This document shows, one piece after another, positions 51,228-64,000 of a stretch of DNA of 64,000 nucleotides. Position 1 is the first letter of the stretch. Every line of letters begins with the position of its first letter. The DNA is from Octopus bimaculoides (taxonomy: Eukaryota). The stretch is taken from contig NC_068992.1 in assembly GCF_001194135.2 (NCBI RefSeq), positions 124,615-188,614 of the forward strand, in the 5' to 3' direction. The notes under the pieces were generated by a model, which was given only the letters and a program-made list of their open reading frames with translations, was not told the origin of the DNA and did no database searches. Position numbers and translations under genes: made by a program.

Positions 51228-51396
51228 GAAAAATACCTTAGGAATGAGAATCCAGGTTCGAAATTTCCCCAATATACCTGATGAAGGCTGAAGGTTATAT
51301 CAGCTGAAATGTTGTGTTAACAACAAACAAGATGAGAACAAATATCCGTCATATGTAAATAATGTAAATAATTCCTCATCTCGCAAATATAGAACG
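50847..51396. mobile_element. Head-to-head inverted dimer of hammerhead SINE (copies 4 and 5)
   Basis: Minus copy 50847-51058 fused to plus copy 51059-51396; perfect 11-bp TSD CCATTGAACTT at 50836-46 and 51397-407. Confidence 0.9.
51273..51318 (+). ncRNA. Putative minimal type I hammerhead ribozyme (best-preserved genomic copy)
   Basis: TATAC-CTGATGA-A-GGCTG-loop-CAGCT-GAAA-TG-TT-GTGTT; stems I/II pair with wobbles; family consensus GACAC CTGATGA A GGCTG..CAGCC GAAA CG TT GTGTT. Activity untested. Confidence 0.55.
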
Positions 51397-52125
51397 CCAT
51401 TGAACTTGATTTGAACTTGCATTCTTTGTGGGGGGTTGATACAGCAGCTACCAACAAAGCACTTCTCTGTCTCTGTCTCTCTCTCTCTCTCTGTCTCTCT
51501 CTCTCTCTTGCTCTCTCTCTTTCTCTCTCTTTTCAGTCTCAATTAAATACTACCACAAGATGAAGATGCTGAAAACGACTCCACTGGCTCCAATCTCCTT
51601 ACCAACAAAGATGTGGATTTGTGCCAAAGTTTGGAATCATTAATACGTTTATTAGTGCCTACTGACCCACACTTCAGGGAGGATGGCATTGGAAGAGGCA
51701 TTGAAATGGAATATTAGAATTAAGTGGTTCAACCCATGCCAGCAAAGAAAACAGACGTTAAGTGATGATGATGATGGTGATGGTGGTGGTGGTGTTGGTG
51801 GAGGTGGGGAAGTGGACCAAACAAAATTTGGGAAAACACTTGGAAAGGAGTCTTTTTTTTTGTTCATATGGAGGAAATCAATAGAACCAAATTGAACTTT
51901 ACAGAATTTTAGAAGATTCTAAGAGAAAAGAAACATATGATGCACTCAAACATACATATACAGGCAGACACACACACACACACACACAAAAGCATACACA
52001 CATATATACATAGACACATTTGCTTGTTATTCGGCTAGGGTTTAACATACTTAGAAATGTATAAATACAATGTAGACACACACACACACATTTTACTCCA
52101 AATGCTTGAGACACATTAACATTCA

Positions 52126-52208
<83 letters not shown>

Positions 52209-52672
52209 TCCAATGTAAAAGAAAGAAGAACATAATGATGAAAGGAAGTAACTATAAAAGAAATCCTATGAACTTAATGGAATTAGCTGAGTTTTTCTTA
52301 GCCTAATTCTTCCCTATTAATTATTTGGAGACAAAGGAGGGAATTCTTACAGATATATTTAACAAATTTTACTTGAGGTACATGTGGCGGTCACTTTGTG
52401 CGTGTGTGTGTCACCTAGCTCTCTGTGTGTGTGTGTGTGTGTGTGTGTTCGCCCAACCCCACCCTTGACAACTAGTATTGGTGTGTTTATGTTCTCCTGA
52501 CTTAGCAGTTTGGCAAAAGAGACCCATAGAATTAGTACCAGGCCTTAATAAAAAAAAAATCGACTTGAAATTCTTCAAGGCAGTGACCCAGCATGGCCAC
52601 AGTCAAATGACTGAAAGAAATAAAAGATAAAAGATGCTAAAATCTGTTTGTCCATGTAGGCACCATATAGAC

Positions 52673-53000
52673 CAGAAGTTCTCAAACTATTTGGGCCCCC
52701 GCCCCCCCCCCCATGGCCACATAAAACCCTCAACGTCTTCACCCCTATTTTTATGTATAAATAAAAATTTTATATTTTACTAATTAATATAAACTATGAA
52801 TCATTTGATATTTAATATAATATATAATTTGTATACAATACTATAATGATATTATAATAAATTCATAGTGTCCCCCAATCCACTGCCTTCCTCCCAAAGC
52901 CTCCTTTTCCTCTACCGCCAAAACCCTCACTGCCCCCTTTGGCACCAGCGCCCACCTGGACCAACTCAACGCCCACTGGGGTCCACTTTGAGAACTTATG
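52673..53000. mobile_element. hAT (Charlie-like) MITE
   Basis: TIR CA(G/T)AAGTTCTCAAA; 8-bp TSD ATATAGAC / ATGCAGAC (6/8). Confidence 0.8.
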
Positions 53001-56000
53001 ATGCAGACCATTCCTCTTAATCACCCTTAATTTAATGTCTCTTTTTCGGAGCCCAGTACATTACCAATGCATTCAATCCTCATCAGAATCAGATATTTAA
53101 GGTGGTGAGCTAACAGAACCACTAGCTCGCCGAGTGAAATGCTCAGCAGTATTTCATCTGCTGCTGCGTTCTTAGTTCAAATTCTGCCAAGGTCAACTTA
53201 GCCTTTTGGGGGTTGATGAAATAAGTACCAGTTATGCACTGGGTCGAAGTAATTGACTAGCCCCCTTCTGCCCCCAAATTTTCAAGGCCTTGTGCCTAGA
53301 GTAGAAATAGTTAAAATCTTTTAAGGTGTCGAACTGGCAGAAATGTTAGCACACTGGGCGTAATGCTTAGTGGTATTTATCTCTACGTTCTGAGTTCAAA
53401 TTCCACCAAGGTCGACTTTGCCTTTCATTCTTTCGGGGTCGATAAATTAAGTACCAGTTGCGTACTGTCCCCCAATCTAATCGACTGGCCCCCTTCCCCC
53501 AAATTTCAGGCCTTGTGCCTATTGTAGAAAGGATTATTATCAAATAATCCAAAGTATGATATGCGAATGAAATATGAAAGGAAACTGCAAAAACCATCAG
53601 CAAATTGGATGTTTCTCATTAAAAGTCCTTGAGGAAAATTCTGAGAATTTGGGACCATGATCTGGTGCTTAGTAAGAGGCACTGGCAATGGAGCCATATA
53701 AAAAGCACCCATATTGGTGCCATGTAAAAAGTTTGTGTGCTGGTGCCACATAAAATGCACTCAATACACTTTGTAAAGTGGCTGGTTTCAGGAAGGGCAT
53801 CCAGTCATAGAAACCATGCCAAAACAGGAAGTTGGGGCCTGGTGCAGCTCTTTGGCTTGCCAGCTTCTGTTAAACAGTCCAACCCATGCCAGCATGGAAA
53901 GCAGACGTTGAATGATGATGATGATGATATCAGAAATGAAGAAATCTCAAGAAAAGCGTCTTTGCAAAGACCCCAAGATATGACAGAGGAAAGAAGAATG
54001 TAACTGGATGGTGACATCCTGTACCAGTCAGATCTTTTGGAAAAACAAAGAAAAAGGAAAGATGGACATCAAAAGGATGAAGGAGAAGGTAAAGAAGCCC
54101 ATATGTCAGATGGTATCAAAACCTTTCAGGAGGCCCTGGGAGGTTTTCAATGATCTTTTGGAAATCCTAGTGGTCTCTGCTCAAGTGTTGATGATGTTGA
54201 TGATGATTCTGATGAGACAAAGATCATGATGATAATGATGATGATGACGATGGTGATGATTCCAATGGCACAAAGATCATCATGATAACAACAATAATGA
54301 CAATAACATCAACGATGATGACAACAGAAATAATAACAATAATAAAAATAACAACAACAACAACAGTGTTGGTGGTAATGATAGAGTTGGTAGCAGTGGT
54401 GGTCGTATTGGTAGTAGAGGTGATAGTAGGGGTAGTAGTGGTGGTAGTGGTTGTGAATAGTAATGATGGTAGTGGTGGTTGTGATAGTAGTGCTAGATAG
54501 TGGTGTTATAGTATTGGCAGTAGTTCTATTGTTAAGTGTAAAATAAAAAAGAAACAGTGGTAGTGGTGGCAGGAGTGGAGGGAAAGCTTTGAGGGAAGCC
54601 ATTCCTAGAATTAACCATTTGCAAGGTTTACCTCATCGTTATCAATTTCTTGTGTTGTAATGGCAGTTTGTAGAGCTTCTTCTCTTCTGAAGGCATCATT
54701 AAATTACCACTAATTTCTTTATCTTTTCCATCTACTTCAGTCTTTGGTCTGAAAGGAACAGCGGCAATATAAAAAAGGTTTGTTTTCTCTTAATTTGTTT
54801 TACATTTATTTCATTAGGCTTTGCTTTCCTTTCTTTTTATTCATTGTCTAAATAACTACAATCATACAATAGGGGCTCTTTATTCAGAATGAGCTCCTAT
54901 AAGGGAGAAGTTTACCTGGTACATATCAGTCCAGGGGCATAAACAACCAAGGAGATGGGGTTGAGTGTGGGGATTAGTATCTGACAGGTCCCTGCCAAAT
55001 GAAAAAACACCACATTCCCACTTTGGATTTTGAGAGGAATCCCCTCCCTCAGAGACCTGAAAATAATCACGTTCAATCTTGCAAAATTTCTCTCGTGGGG
55101 TGGGGGTGGGGGTGGGGGGCTGCTACTGCTANNNNNNNNNNGCTACTGCTACTTCCCCATTTTATTTCATTTCCATGTATTTAACATTTATTGCTGTGTT
55201 TACAAGCAAAATTTCTCCTGAACAAATGGAATTTATTTTAAGAAGAACAAGATATTTTAGTTTATTTACGAATGTTCAACACATCCTGTTTTTGTACCCA
55301 AAATATTCTTTTCTATTCTAGGCACATGGCCCGAAATTTTTGGGGAGGGGGCCAGTCAATTAGATTAACTCCAGTACACAACTGGTACTTAATTTACCAA
55401 TCCCAAAAGAATAACAGGCTAAGTCGACCTTGGCGGAATTTGAACTCAGAACGTAAAGACAGATGAAATACCATTAAGCATTTCACTCAGCGTGCTAACG
55501 TTTCTGCCAACTTGCCACCTTTTTGTACACAAAATATTGCATAATAATTACATGAGAGTTTGTACATAAATATTTCGTACATCTTTATAAAACCCTCATA
55601 TATCAAGTATCATATATGACTGTATGTATATGAATCACAGGTGCTGCCCACCAGGTTCCACCTGTAATTACCCACCTGTAATTACCCACCTGAACAGATG
55701 TCGAAATACCTCAACCCCATCTTTTCTCCTTTAGTTGCTTCCTTCTTATTTCACATCCATGATACCGAATATAATTTTTGACTTTTCAAAGCCATTCTTT
55801 TCCCTTCTGGCTCTTCCCACATCCTCTTCATTAACCCATTCTTTGCTGTTATCCCCTACAATGAGGATCTGGCCCTTCCTATCACCTTTTCATTTAATCC
55901 TCCTTCCCATATTAGTCCACCCCTTACTCCTAATTCCTCCATCTTTGCACAGCTGTGACCCAAAATTTGAGGTTCATCTCTTCATTTGATACCCTCCTTC

Positions 56001-56130
56001 CTTATCCCAAGCACCCTAACCTGGGTCCATTAAATTGACCCTAGATCTGTTCCCTCTACTTACATTTATCCCACTACCAACTGCATCCCTTTTCTCTTTT
56101 TTACACCCCACCCTCTACTCATCTTCTGTT

Positions 56131-56515
56131 AGATGTACCATCATAGAGGTCAGCTGTTCTGCAGACATAAATATCTCTTTGGAAATCAAAGACAAAGAGA
56201 ATATCAGTGGACAACTGCTTCGAAAGCTTCAGCTTCTATATCCAGACAATGAATTCATATTCATACCAATAATAATTGGAGCACTAGGTTTTGATAGTAA
56301 ATGCTTAAAGGAGACTCTGGATAAACTGGGATTTTCAGAAAGAGAAATTGACTTTCTGATTCGTACATTACAAGTTCAATTTGTGAGTGGAACAGTAAAA
56401 ATATGCAAGACTTTTCTCAAGTTCCAAATGTTAATGCCATCCCAAAGATGGAGCCTTATATCTTTGTTGGAAACCGGCTCCTTCTTCACTGGAAGATTTA
56501 TAATAATTAAAAATT
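56131..56515 (+). mobile_element. R4/Dong-clade non-LTR retrotransposon 3' end (restriction-like endonuclease)
   Basis: CTIIEVSCSADINI..KDKENI..FIFIPIIIGALG..GTVKICKTFLKF is the RLE C-terminus typical of R4/Dong; 5'-truncated. Confidence 0.85.
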
Positions 56516-56546
56516 AGAAGAGACATACATACATGTATACACACAA

Positions 56547-56585
<39 letters not shown>

Positions 56586-57189
56586 CACACATACATATAC
56601 ATGTTGGCTGTCCACTGGCAACCTAGGAAGACCATCACTAACAATTAAGAGCATTGTGCACTCAAGCAAATTTATAATTTACGCTTGTGGCCCAGCTGGA
56701 ATCTAATGAAGCAGGCTCTTGAGAAACAGACACACCTGCAGATATTGCTGACCAAGCTTCCTCCATTCAACACACACACATGGGCACATGCATGCACACA
56801 CACACATTGCATTCACACGCATGCACACACACGAATATACACAGTTGTGCACACACACACACATATACACATGAACACACACATATGCATATAGTGAATG
56901 TGTATAAGAGAATGTACTAAAAAAATTTCAGTAAGAACTTGATACACGTTGTATGACTGGTGCAATTTATATTAACAAATTACTCATCCATTAATCGTAA
57001 TTCATTCATTAATCATTACTCATCCATTAATCACTGATATCAACAAGACATTGGGGAAGCTTCTATATGGTTCATTGAACCAAGCAAAAACAGCAGTCAA
57101 CCATCTTTAAATAAATCCCTCAACGTCTTCAAAATGAGGGCAACTCAATGCAATAAAGAAGCTCCTTCATTTTGTTGTATCCAGCAGGA

Positions 57190-57564
57190 ATCTCTCTTTC
57201 TCCGTTTCTCTCTGTCTTTCTCCGTGTCTCTCTCTCCCCATGTCTCTCTCTCTCTCTGTCTCTCTCTCTCTGTCTCTCTCTCTCTGTCTCTCTCCGTGTC
57301 TCTCTCTCTGTCTCTGTGTGTCTCTCTCTCTGTCTCCGTGTCTGTCTATCTGTCTCCGTGTCACACTGTCTGCGTGTCTCTGTCTCCATGTCTCTCTGTC
57401 TCCATGTCTCTCTGTCTCCATGTCTCTCTGTCTGTCTTCGTGTCTGTCTGTCTGTCTCTGTCTCCATGTCTCTGAGTCTGTCTGTCTCTGTCTGTCTGTC
57501 TCTGTGTCTGTCTGTCTCTGTGTCTGTCTGTCTCCATGTCTCTCTGTCTGTCTGTCTGTCTCCA

Positions 57565-57615
<51 letters not shown>

Positions 57616-57670
57616 GTCTGTGTCTCCGTGTCTATCTGTCTGTCTCTGTGTCTGTCTGCCTGTCTCTGTC

Positions 57671-57722
<52 letters not shown>
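57190..57722. repeat. Complex (CTGT/CT)n microsatellite
   Basis: Purely TC/TG tetra- and dinucleotide units; source of several spurious ORFs. Confidence 0.95.
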
Positions 57723-57724
<2 letters not shown>

Positions 57725-58009
57725 AAAACAAATCATTTAGGAAAACAAGAGACCCTGAATTTCAATTCCAATCAATGCATGCAAAAAATCTGTTAATATC
57801 TAATTAATAAGTAAAGCAGTGAGCTGGCAGAATCATTAGCATGCTGGGCAAAATGCTTAGCGACATTTCGTCTATCTTTACATTCTGAGTTCAAATTCCA
57901 CCGAGGTCAACTTTGCCTTTCATCTTTTCGGGGTCAAACAAATAAGTACCAGTTGAACAAAATAGGTANNNNNNNNNNNNNNNNNNNNNNNNNNNNNNNN
58001 NNGGGGGGG

Positions 58010-58330
58010 GGGGGTTCTGAAAGGGGTCTCGGGAGTAGTGTACCTGCCTTCCTGAGCTAATTTTCCACCATATTTCTTAAAAATCGTAGTAGAGGCCTTG
58101 GTCTTGGGACCACTCGTGTCTAGTAACTGAGGTTAGGGGTAAGCAAGAGCATGCTCCCTGTAGAAAATCCACCTCCAAAAAAGCCTCATGATAGTAGAGG
58201 AGAATGGGCACCAACCAGCCCAATGTTTAGGGTGGGCTGCATCTGCCTACTTTGGTTGCTATGGCATTGGGGTAGATCTGGCCACCCCTGTTAATGGAGA
58301 TAAAACCCGGATTTAAAACACTGGATGATG
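58010..58330 (+). mobile_element. Unclassified retroposon 3' fragment ending in (GAT)n
   Basis: Tail GGTAGATCT(A/G)GCCAC(T/C)CCTGTTAATGGA..AAAACCC(A/G)GATTTAAAACA shared with 48970-49050. Confidence 0.6.
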
Positions 58331-59776
58331 AGGAGGATAATGAGCACTGGGGTCAATGTAATTGACTTACCCCACTATTAAAATTGCTGGCCTTGTGCCA
58401 AAATTTGAAACCAAGCTTTAATTATTAAGAAAGGCAATGAACAGGTGGAATCGTTAGCAATTTGGACAAAATGCTTAGTGGTATTTTGTTTGTCATTATG
58501 TTCTGAGTTCATATTCTGCTGAGATTGCCTTTCATTCTTTCAGGGTCGATAAAATAGGTACCAGTTATGCACTAGAGTTGAGGTAATCAACTGGCCCCTC
58601 CCACCAAAATTGCTGGCCTTCTGCCAAAATTTGATATCAATATTTAATTATGAAGAATGTGGGACAGAAAAGTAATTTGTAAACATTCTGTCCATTATGT
58701 TGCATGAAATACGCCAGGATTGATGGGGATGAGCTGTCAGAGAACATATTGAAACAATATAAACAACAATATCGATATTATATTGTAATGCTAGTGATAT
58801 AATGATCGTGTCATTCATAATTCCAGAATAACTTAGATTAGATTAACTTTTGAAATTTATCAGCTTCAGTCAGACTTGAATATGGAATAAATATGTCTGG
58901 AAGAAGACTGAATTTTCTAACAATTCAACAGAACAACTCTTATAGAGTGTGTTAATCTTGTCTCCATCTACAAGTGTTGAGCCATTAGACATTAGCAAGC
59001 TGCGCTTCTTTAGAGAGTATTGTATGCAACAAGGACAAGAATAATCACTTTGATAAGATATGGATATGCATCATCTTCATCATCATCAACATTTAGCATC
59101 AACTTTCCTATGTTTGTGAGCATCATGGGGATCTTGTTGAGGCAGATTTTCAATGGCGAGACGTCCTTATTGCCAACACTATGTGGTTTCCAAGGAAGGT
59201 AATACATACATACATTCTTTTATTTGTTTCAGTCATTTGACTGCAGCCATGCTGGAGCACTGCCTTTTGTCAAGTAAATCGACTGCAAGACTTATTCTTT
59301 GTAAGAATAGTTGCATGGTTCCGGGTTCAGTCCCACTGCATGGCACCTTGGGTAAATATCTTCTACTATAGCCTTGGGCTGACCAAAGCCTTGTGAGCGG
59401 ATTTGGTAGACAGAAACTGAAAGAAACCCATCGTATATATACATATACATGTATATGCATATACATATATATACATGCATACATATATACATGCATACAT
59501 ACATACATGCATACATACATACGTATGTGCATACATACATATATACATATACATACATACATATATATATACATATATATATATATGCACATACACACAT
59601 TATATGTACATATGAATATGCTTTAACTCATTCAAACGATGTTATTGTTGTTGTTTACATTGTCTTTTTATGACTTAGCAGTTCACCAGTTAAATAAAAT
59701 AAGCATCAGACTGTAACAAATACTTGGCTAACATTTTTCCGTTTGTCATATTGTTGGTACACACAATCAACACTAC

Positions 59777-59816
<40 letters not shown>

Positions 59817-61391
59817 TATATATTTGTAACTCTCAGTGTTGCCAGTGTTATGCTGAGAAGGTGTAATAAGACTGAAACATGTTCATTACTTTCTCCACAT
59901 GACCTTAAAGATATGCTTTGCTTCTGACTGTGTTTTCTAAAAAAAAAAAATTCAGTCAGCTGATATTGTTGGTGTTATCTCCCTTGCTCTGTTTTTTTTT
60001 TTTTTAGCTCTGAAAAATCCCTTGACGAAATTTTGTTGAGTTTGTTTTATTAATTGCATCAATAATCCCTGTGAATCAAAGTGTTTCAACTTAATATGGC
60101 TGCATACACGAGATCTTCTTGGTGCAGTTTATTTTTCTGTTATTTAGAGCCAAAAGGCTGAATGGTTTCGGGAATGTTGTGTCAAATGATTTGCTAATAG
60201 TTTAAAATCACTAATCTTTAATCTTATTATCTCAGCATTAGTTGTATTAATCTGAAATAAGCAGATTATTTATAATTTGGTGAATAGGAAAATTGAAATC
60301 AAACACATATTCATTCAATGGTAGGTTATCTGTGATTTAGTTTGTTTAAATCAGGGACATGATATTAAAGGACACACACACACACACACACACATACACA
60401 CATGTATGAATATATTCTATACATTTCAGCCCAAAGGCTGTGGCCATACTGGAGCACTGCCTGTGTAATCACTTTTTCAATGGCTATTTTTATGTGATTT
60501 TGGTGAAGGAAGGAGTTTGGCATTCCTTTCTTTGAGTTTCTTATTTCTTTATTGCCCCCAGGGGGGCTAAACACAGAGGGGACAAACAAGGACAGACAAG
60601 GGGATTAAGTCGATTACATCGACTCCAGTGTATAACTGGTACTTAATTTATCGACCCCCAAAAGGATGAAAGGCAAAGTGGACCTCGGTGGAATTTAAAC
60701 TCAGAACGTAATGGCAGACGAAATACCGCTAAGCATTTCGCCCAGCGTGCTAACGCTTCTGCCAGCTCACCGCCTTTCTTTGAGTTTCTTGCTGTGACAT
60801 TGGTTCATCTGTGACTTTGGGCAGCAAGAGGTCAAACTACACATTAATATTACAAGTATGTGTGTGTGTGTGTGTCCCTGTATTGCTTCCATAATACATG
60901 ATAACTGAAAGGTTCTGATTTCCAGTACCCAGTGTTACTTGTTTCAGATCATCACCAGGTGAACCAAGCTTGGTTTTCTTTCGAATACCCTGTGTCTGAA
61001 TATATTTTGAAATATGAAACGAAAGTTTGAAGAAAACACTTATTTCTATGATCTTTTATTTAAAAACCTTTGTGAACAACAAATGCAAAATGGCTGCTTC
61101 AAACTCCTGCCTTTGATTTAATTTCTGGTTCTTGTGGTAATGTTATTATAAAACATCATAAACTCCACAGAATCAAAGTCATGATATTGCATTGCTGCTT
61201 AAGCAATGTTCCAAAATAATACTTTTAAGAAATACTTTTAATTAATACTTCTAATTAATATTTTTAAAAAACAATAAATGTGTATGTGGGTATTCATTTC
61301 ACGTGAGCTTGTGCAGGTTCATACATATAGGTATATGTACACTCATAGACACACATACATACACAGAATAATATATTCATGCATACACAAA

Positions 61392-61425
<34 letters not shown>

Positions 61426-61446
61426 CATATATACATATATATATAC

Positions 61447-61477
<31 letters not shown>

Positions 61478-62969
61478 CACTTTAGTTATAATGAAATTGT
61501 GTATACTCTTCACAAAAACTAATCTTGTTGCTTGGTGGTGGGTGGAATAAAATAGCTTAATTAAAAGTAAGGAATAAAACATGTTACTTGAAACCAGGTG
61601 AGAGTTGTCATTTCTTTGTAAACACTGCCCTCGGCAGATTTTGTCTAACCCATACCACTATTAAAATAGCTGAATAAAAGCAATAACAATGATAATGATG
61701 ATGGTATTAAAGTTTTAATTCTTTGCCCTATGTGATTATTGATGTAGCCCCTTCCTTTTACAATCAAGGAACCAATGTTCTTGCATAAAAAAATATCACT
61801 TGTAGAGAAGTTTATTTAGTGATGGCTATAATCCTATCCAGGGAGATATATTTGTCTGTCATCCACTTCAATAATATGAATGTAAAGCTATGTATCAACT
61901 GTATTAGTAAATGGCTCAAGAAATGATTAAATATATTTCTTGAACTCTGAAACTCAAATCAATATCCATTTTTCTGAATTCACAGAAAGTCCTGTAATAT
62001 TAATCTCTCCCATTATCATTATCTCTTGTCATATTTCTAAAATGGAATCGATATAGATCCTGTTTCACTAATGTGCTAACTATTAATACTATACTTACAC
62101 ACCCTTTGTTGTTGCTGGAGATCGATTCTTTGGAATAAAGAATAAAGAAAAACCCATCTTGTAAGTGTTCTAGTTGCATAACCATTAAATACTTAAAACT
62201 TTATGCTACGCAGTGTGGTATGATCTTATGTAAAAGGCATCATTCATCTTCTCTTACATTTTACTTAACTTTTGACGTGGTTAGTGGTTGCATTGACAAT
62301 GGTTATTACAAATGTTGGAATTCTACATTCCTCTCTAAATTATGTTAAAAGTATTAAGTTATACTTAGTAATTTACTTAAAGAAGTGAGACTGTGTTCAG
62401 AGTTTATTTACATCATTCTATACAAAAATGTGTGGAATATAAGTGGCCAAATGGAGTCTACCTATAAATCTGTAATAAGTAGTGTGATGTTTTTGTTTTT
62501 TTTTCTTCTTCAGACACATCATCTATATTGCATTAATTCATATACTAGCCAGATTTTGGGGGCGACAGATCAATATAACTGATTCACATCAATAATCACA
62601 AAAGTTTAAGAACTGATTCTATTGATCACCCTATTGCATGGAAGGATTATTCTAGTCTATATTTTGAACTGAAGCAGAGAGAGAATCTAATGAGAGCAGA
62701 TCAGATTTTTCTTTGCACTTTGCTTGAATTGTTGTAAGTTAGCAATTGAAAGGATGACTCAAGATGAAAGAATTGTTTATAGAAAGGTGAGACAGATTAG
62801 TTGACAAGAAAACGCAAGATAAATGCCCTCTGCAACTGTAGAAAATGCAAGGATAATAAGCAACAGCAGATGTCATAGAAATGAGAGAAAAGTAATAAAT
62901 TTTCACAGAGAATCAGTACCGAGAGATGTTGACAGTTGAAAAACTTAACAATATATTTATGTAAATATA

Positions 62970-63256
62970 AAGAATTGCAGCGTGGAAGGTGTTTATAAGC
63001 CATTTAAGAAACACAAAAACCGTTAGATTCACTTCAACATTCAAATTTAATTTGCCAAAATATTTTTGTCGGTTTGAGACCACGACCTGTTCACTGACAA
63101 AATTCCGTGCTGCATGGAATTAAATTTAAATATTAAAGTGAATCTAATGGTTTTTGTGTGTTTCTTAAATAGCTTATAAACACCTTCCACACTGCAATTC
63201 TTTTTGTTCCAGCACACAATCTCAGATCAGGTCACATGCTATGCAAGTACATCTCC
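62970..63256. mobile_element. Foldback MITE (Kolobok-like), left arm truncated
   Basis: About 83-bp inverted arms around a ~60-nt loop; right arm extends to GTACATCTCC, matching 21240. Confidence 0.75.
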
Positions 63257-63515
63257 ATAATATATAGATATACATATACATAAATGTATATATTCATATA
63301 TACATACATTTATATAAATATATTAAGTTTTCCAACTGTCAACATCTCTCAGTACTGATTGTCTGTGACGATGTATTACAGATATATATGTATAAATATA
63401 CATACATATATAGATATATATATGCATACATATATATACATACATATAAATATGTACATATATATATATATATATAAGTATATACATATATAAATATATA
63501 TATATACATATATAA

Positions 63516-63588
<73 letters not shown>

Positions 63589-63863
63589 NNNNNNNNNNNN
63601 NNNNNNNNNNNNNNNNNNNNNNNNNNNNNNNNNNNNNNNNNNNNNNNNNNNAGGATCATGACTGTTTTCTTAAATATATTCACCTCTCATGTCTCAATAA
63701 TTTCATTGATTGCATCTCTTGGATTTAAACTGCATAGAATTCTGAATTTTACTCGTTTGTATTGGATTAGTATGTGAGATGATAGCCGGGTCAACTAGGG
63801 GAACTTCTCTGTGAGATCCACAAGATTCTATGAATTCATATATCGCACTATAAAATGCATGAA

Positions 63864-63912
<49 letters not shown>

Positions 63913-64000
63913 TTAGGATACTGTTTATGCTATGAGTGCAGATTGAGGGAATTGTAGTTTGAGGGAGGGCAATAGCACACAATTTAAATCCCCAGTATTC

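Noticed and set aside
56435-56490. GAAACCGG motif and small hairpins in the R4/Dong 3' UTR as a possible ribozyme
   Set aside because: No CUGANGA core or stem I.
57129-57796. Overlapping 113-200 aa ORFs on both strands
   Set aside because: Translation of a (CTGT)n microsatellite.

Overview
AT-rich, microsatellite- and SINE-dense eukaryotic DNA with 11 N-gaps. The repeat families look like those of a coleoid cephalopod, probably Octopus (inference). The only protein-coding gene I can support is on the minus strand: a voltage-gated K+ channel beta subunit (Kv-beta/KCNAB/Hyperkinetic, aldo-keto reductase fold). Seven GT-AG exons at 39477->9748 splice in frame to [128 protein letters not shown] (about residues 41-167 of vertebrate Kv-beta2). 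Its 5' and 3' exons were not found with confidence. The introns hold at least four tRNA-head SINE families, RTE and R4/Dong LINE relics, dead Tc1/mariner and hAT transposases, many MITEs/foldbacks, and a CpG-rich NRF1/ETS/YY1 promoter-like island that appears to face antisense. The most striking observation is a tRNA-headed SINE (5 copies). Its 3' part folds into a minimal type I hammerhead ribozyme, and it inserts with inverted 5' extensions (one inverted dimer has a perfect 11-bp TSD). Both are hallmarks of Penelope-like retroelements, suggesting a Pol III SINE that parasitises Penelope machinery. Nearly all ORFs in the supplied track are microsatellite or N-gap artefacts.
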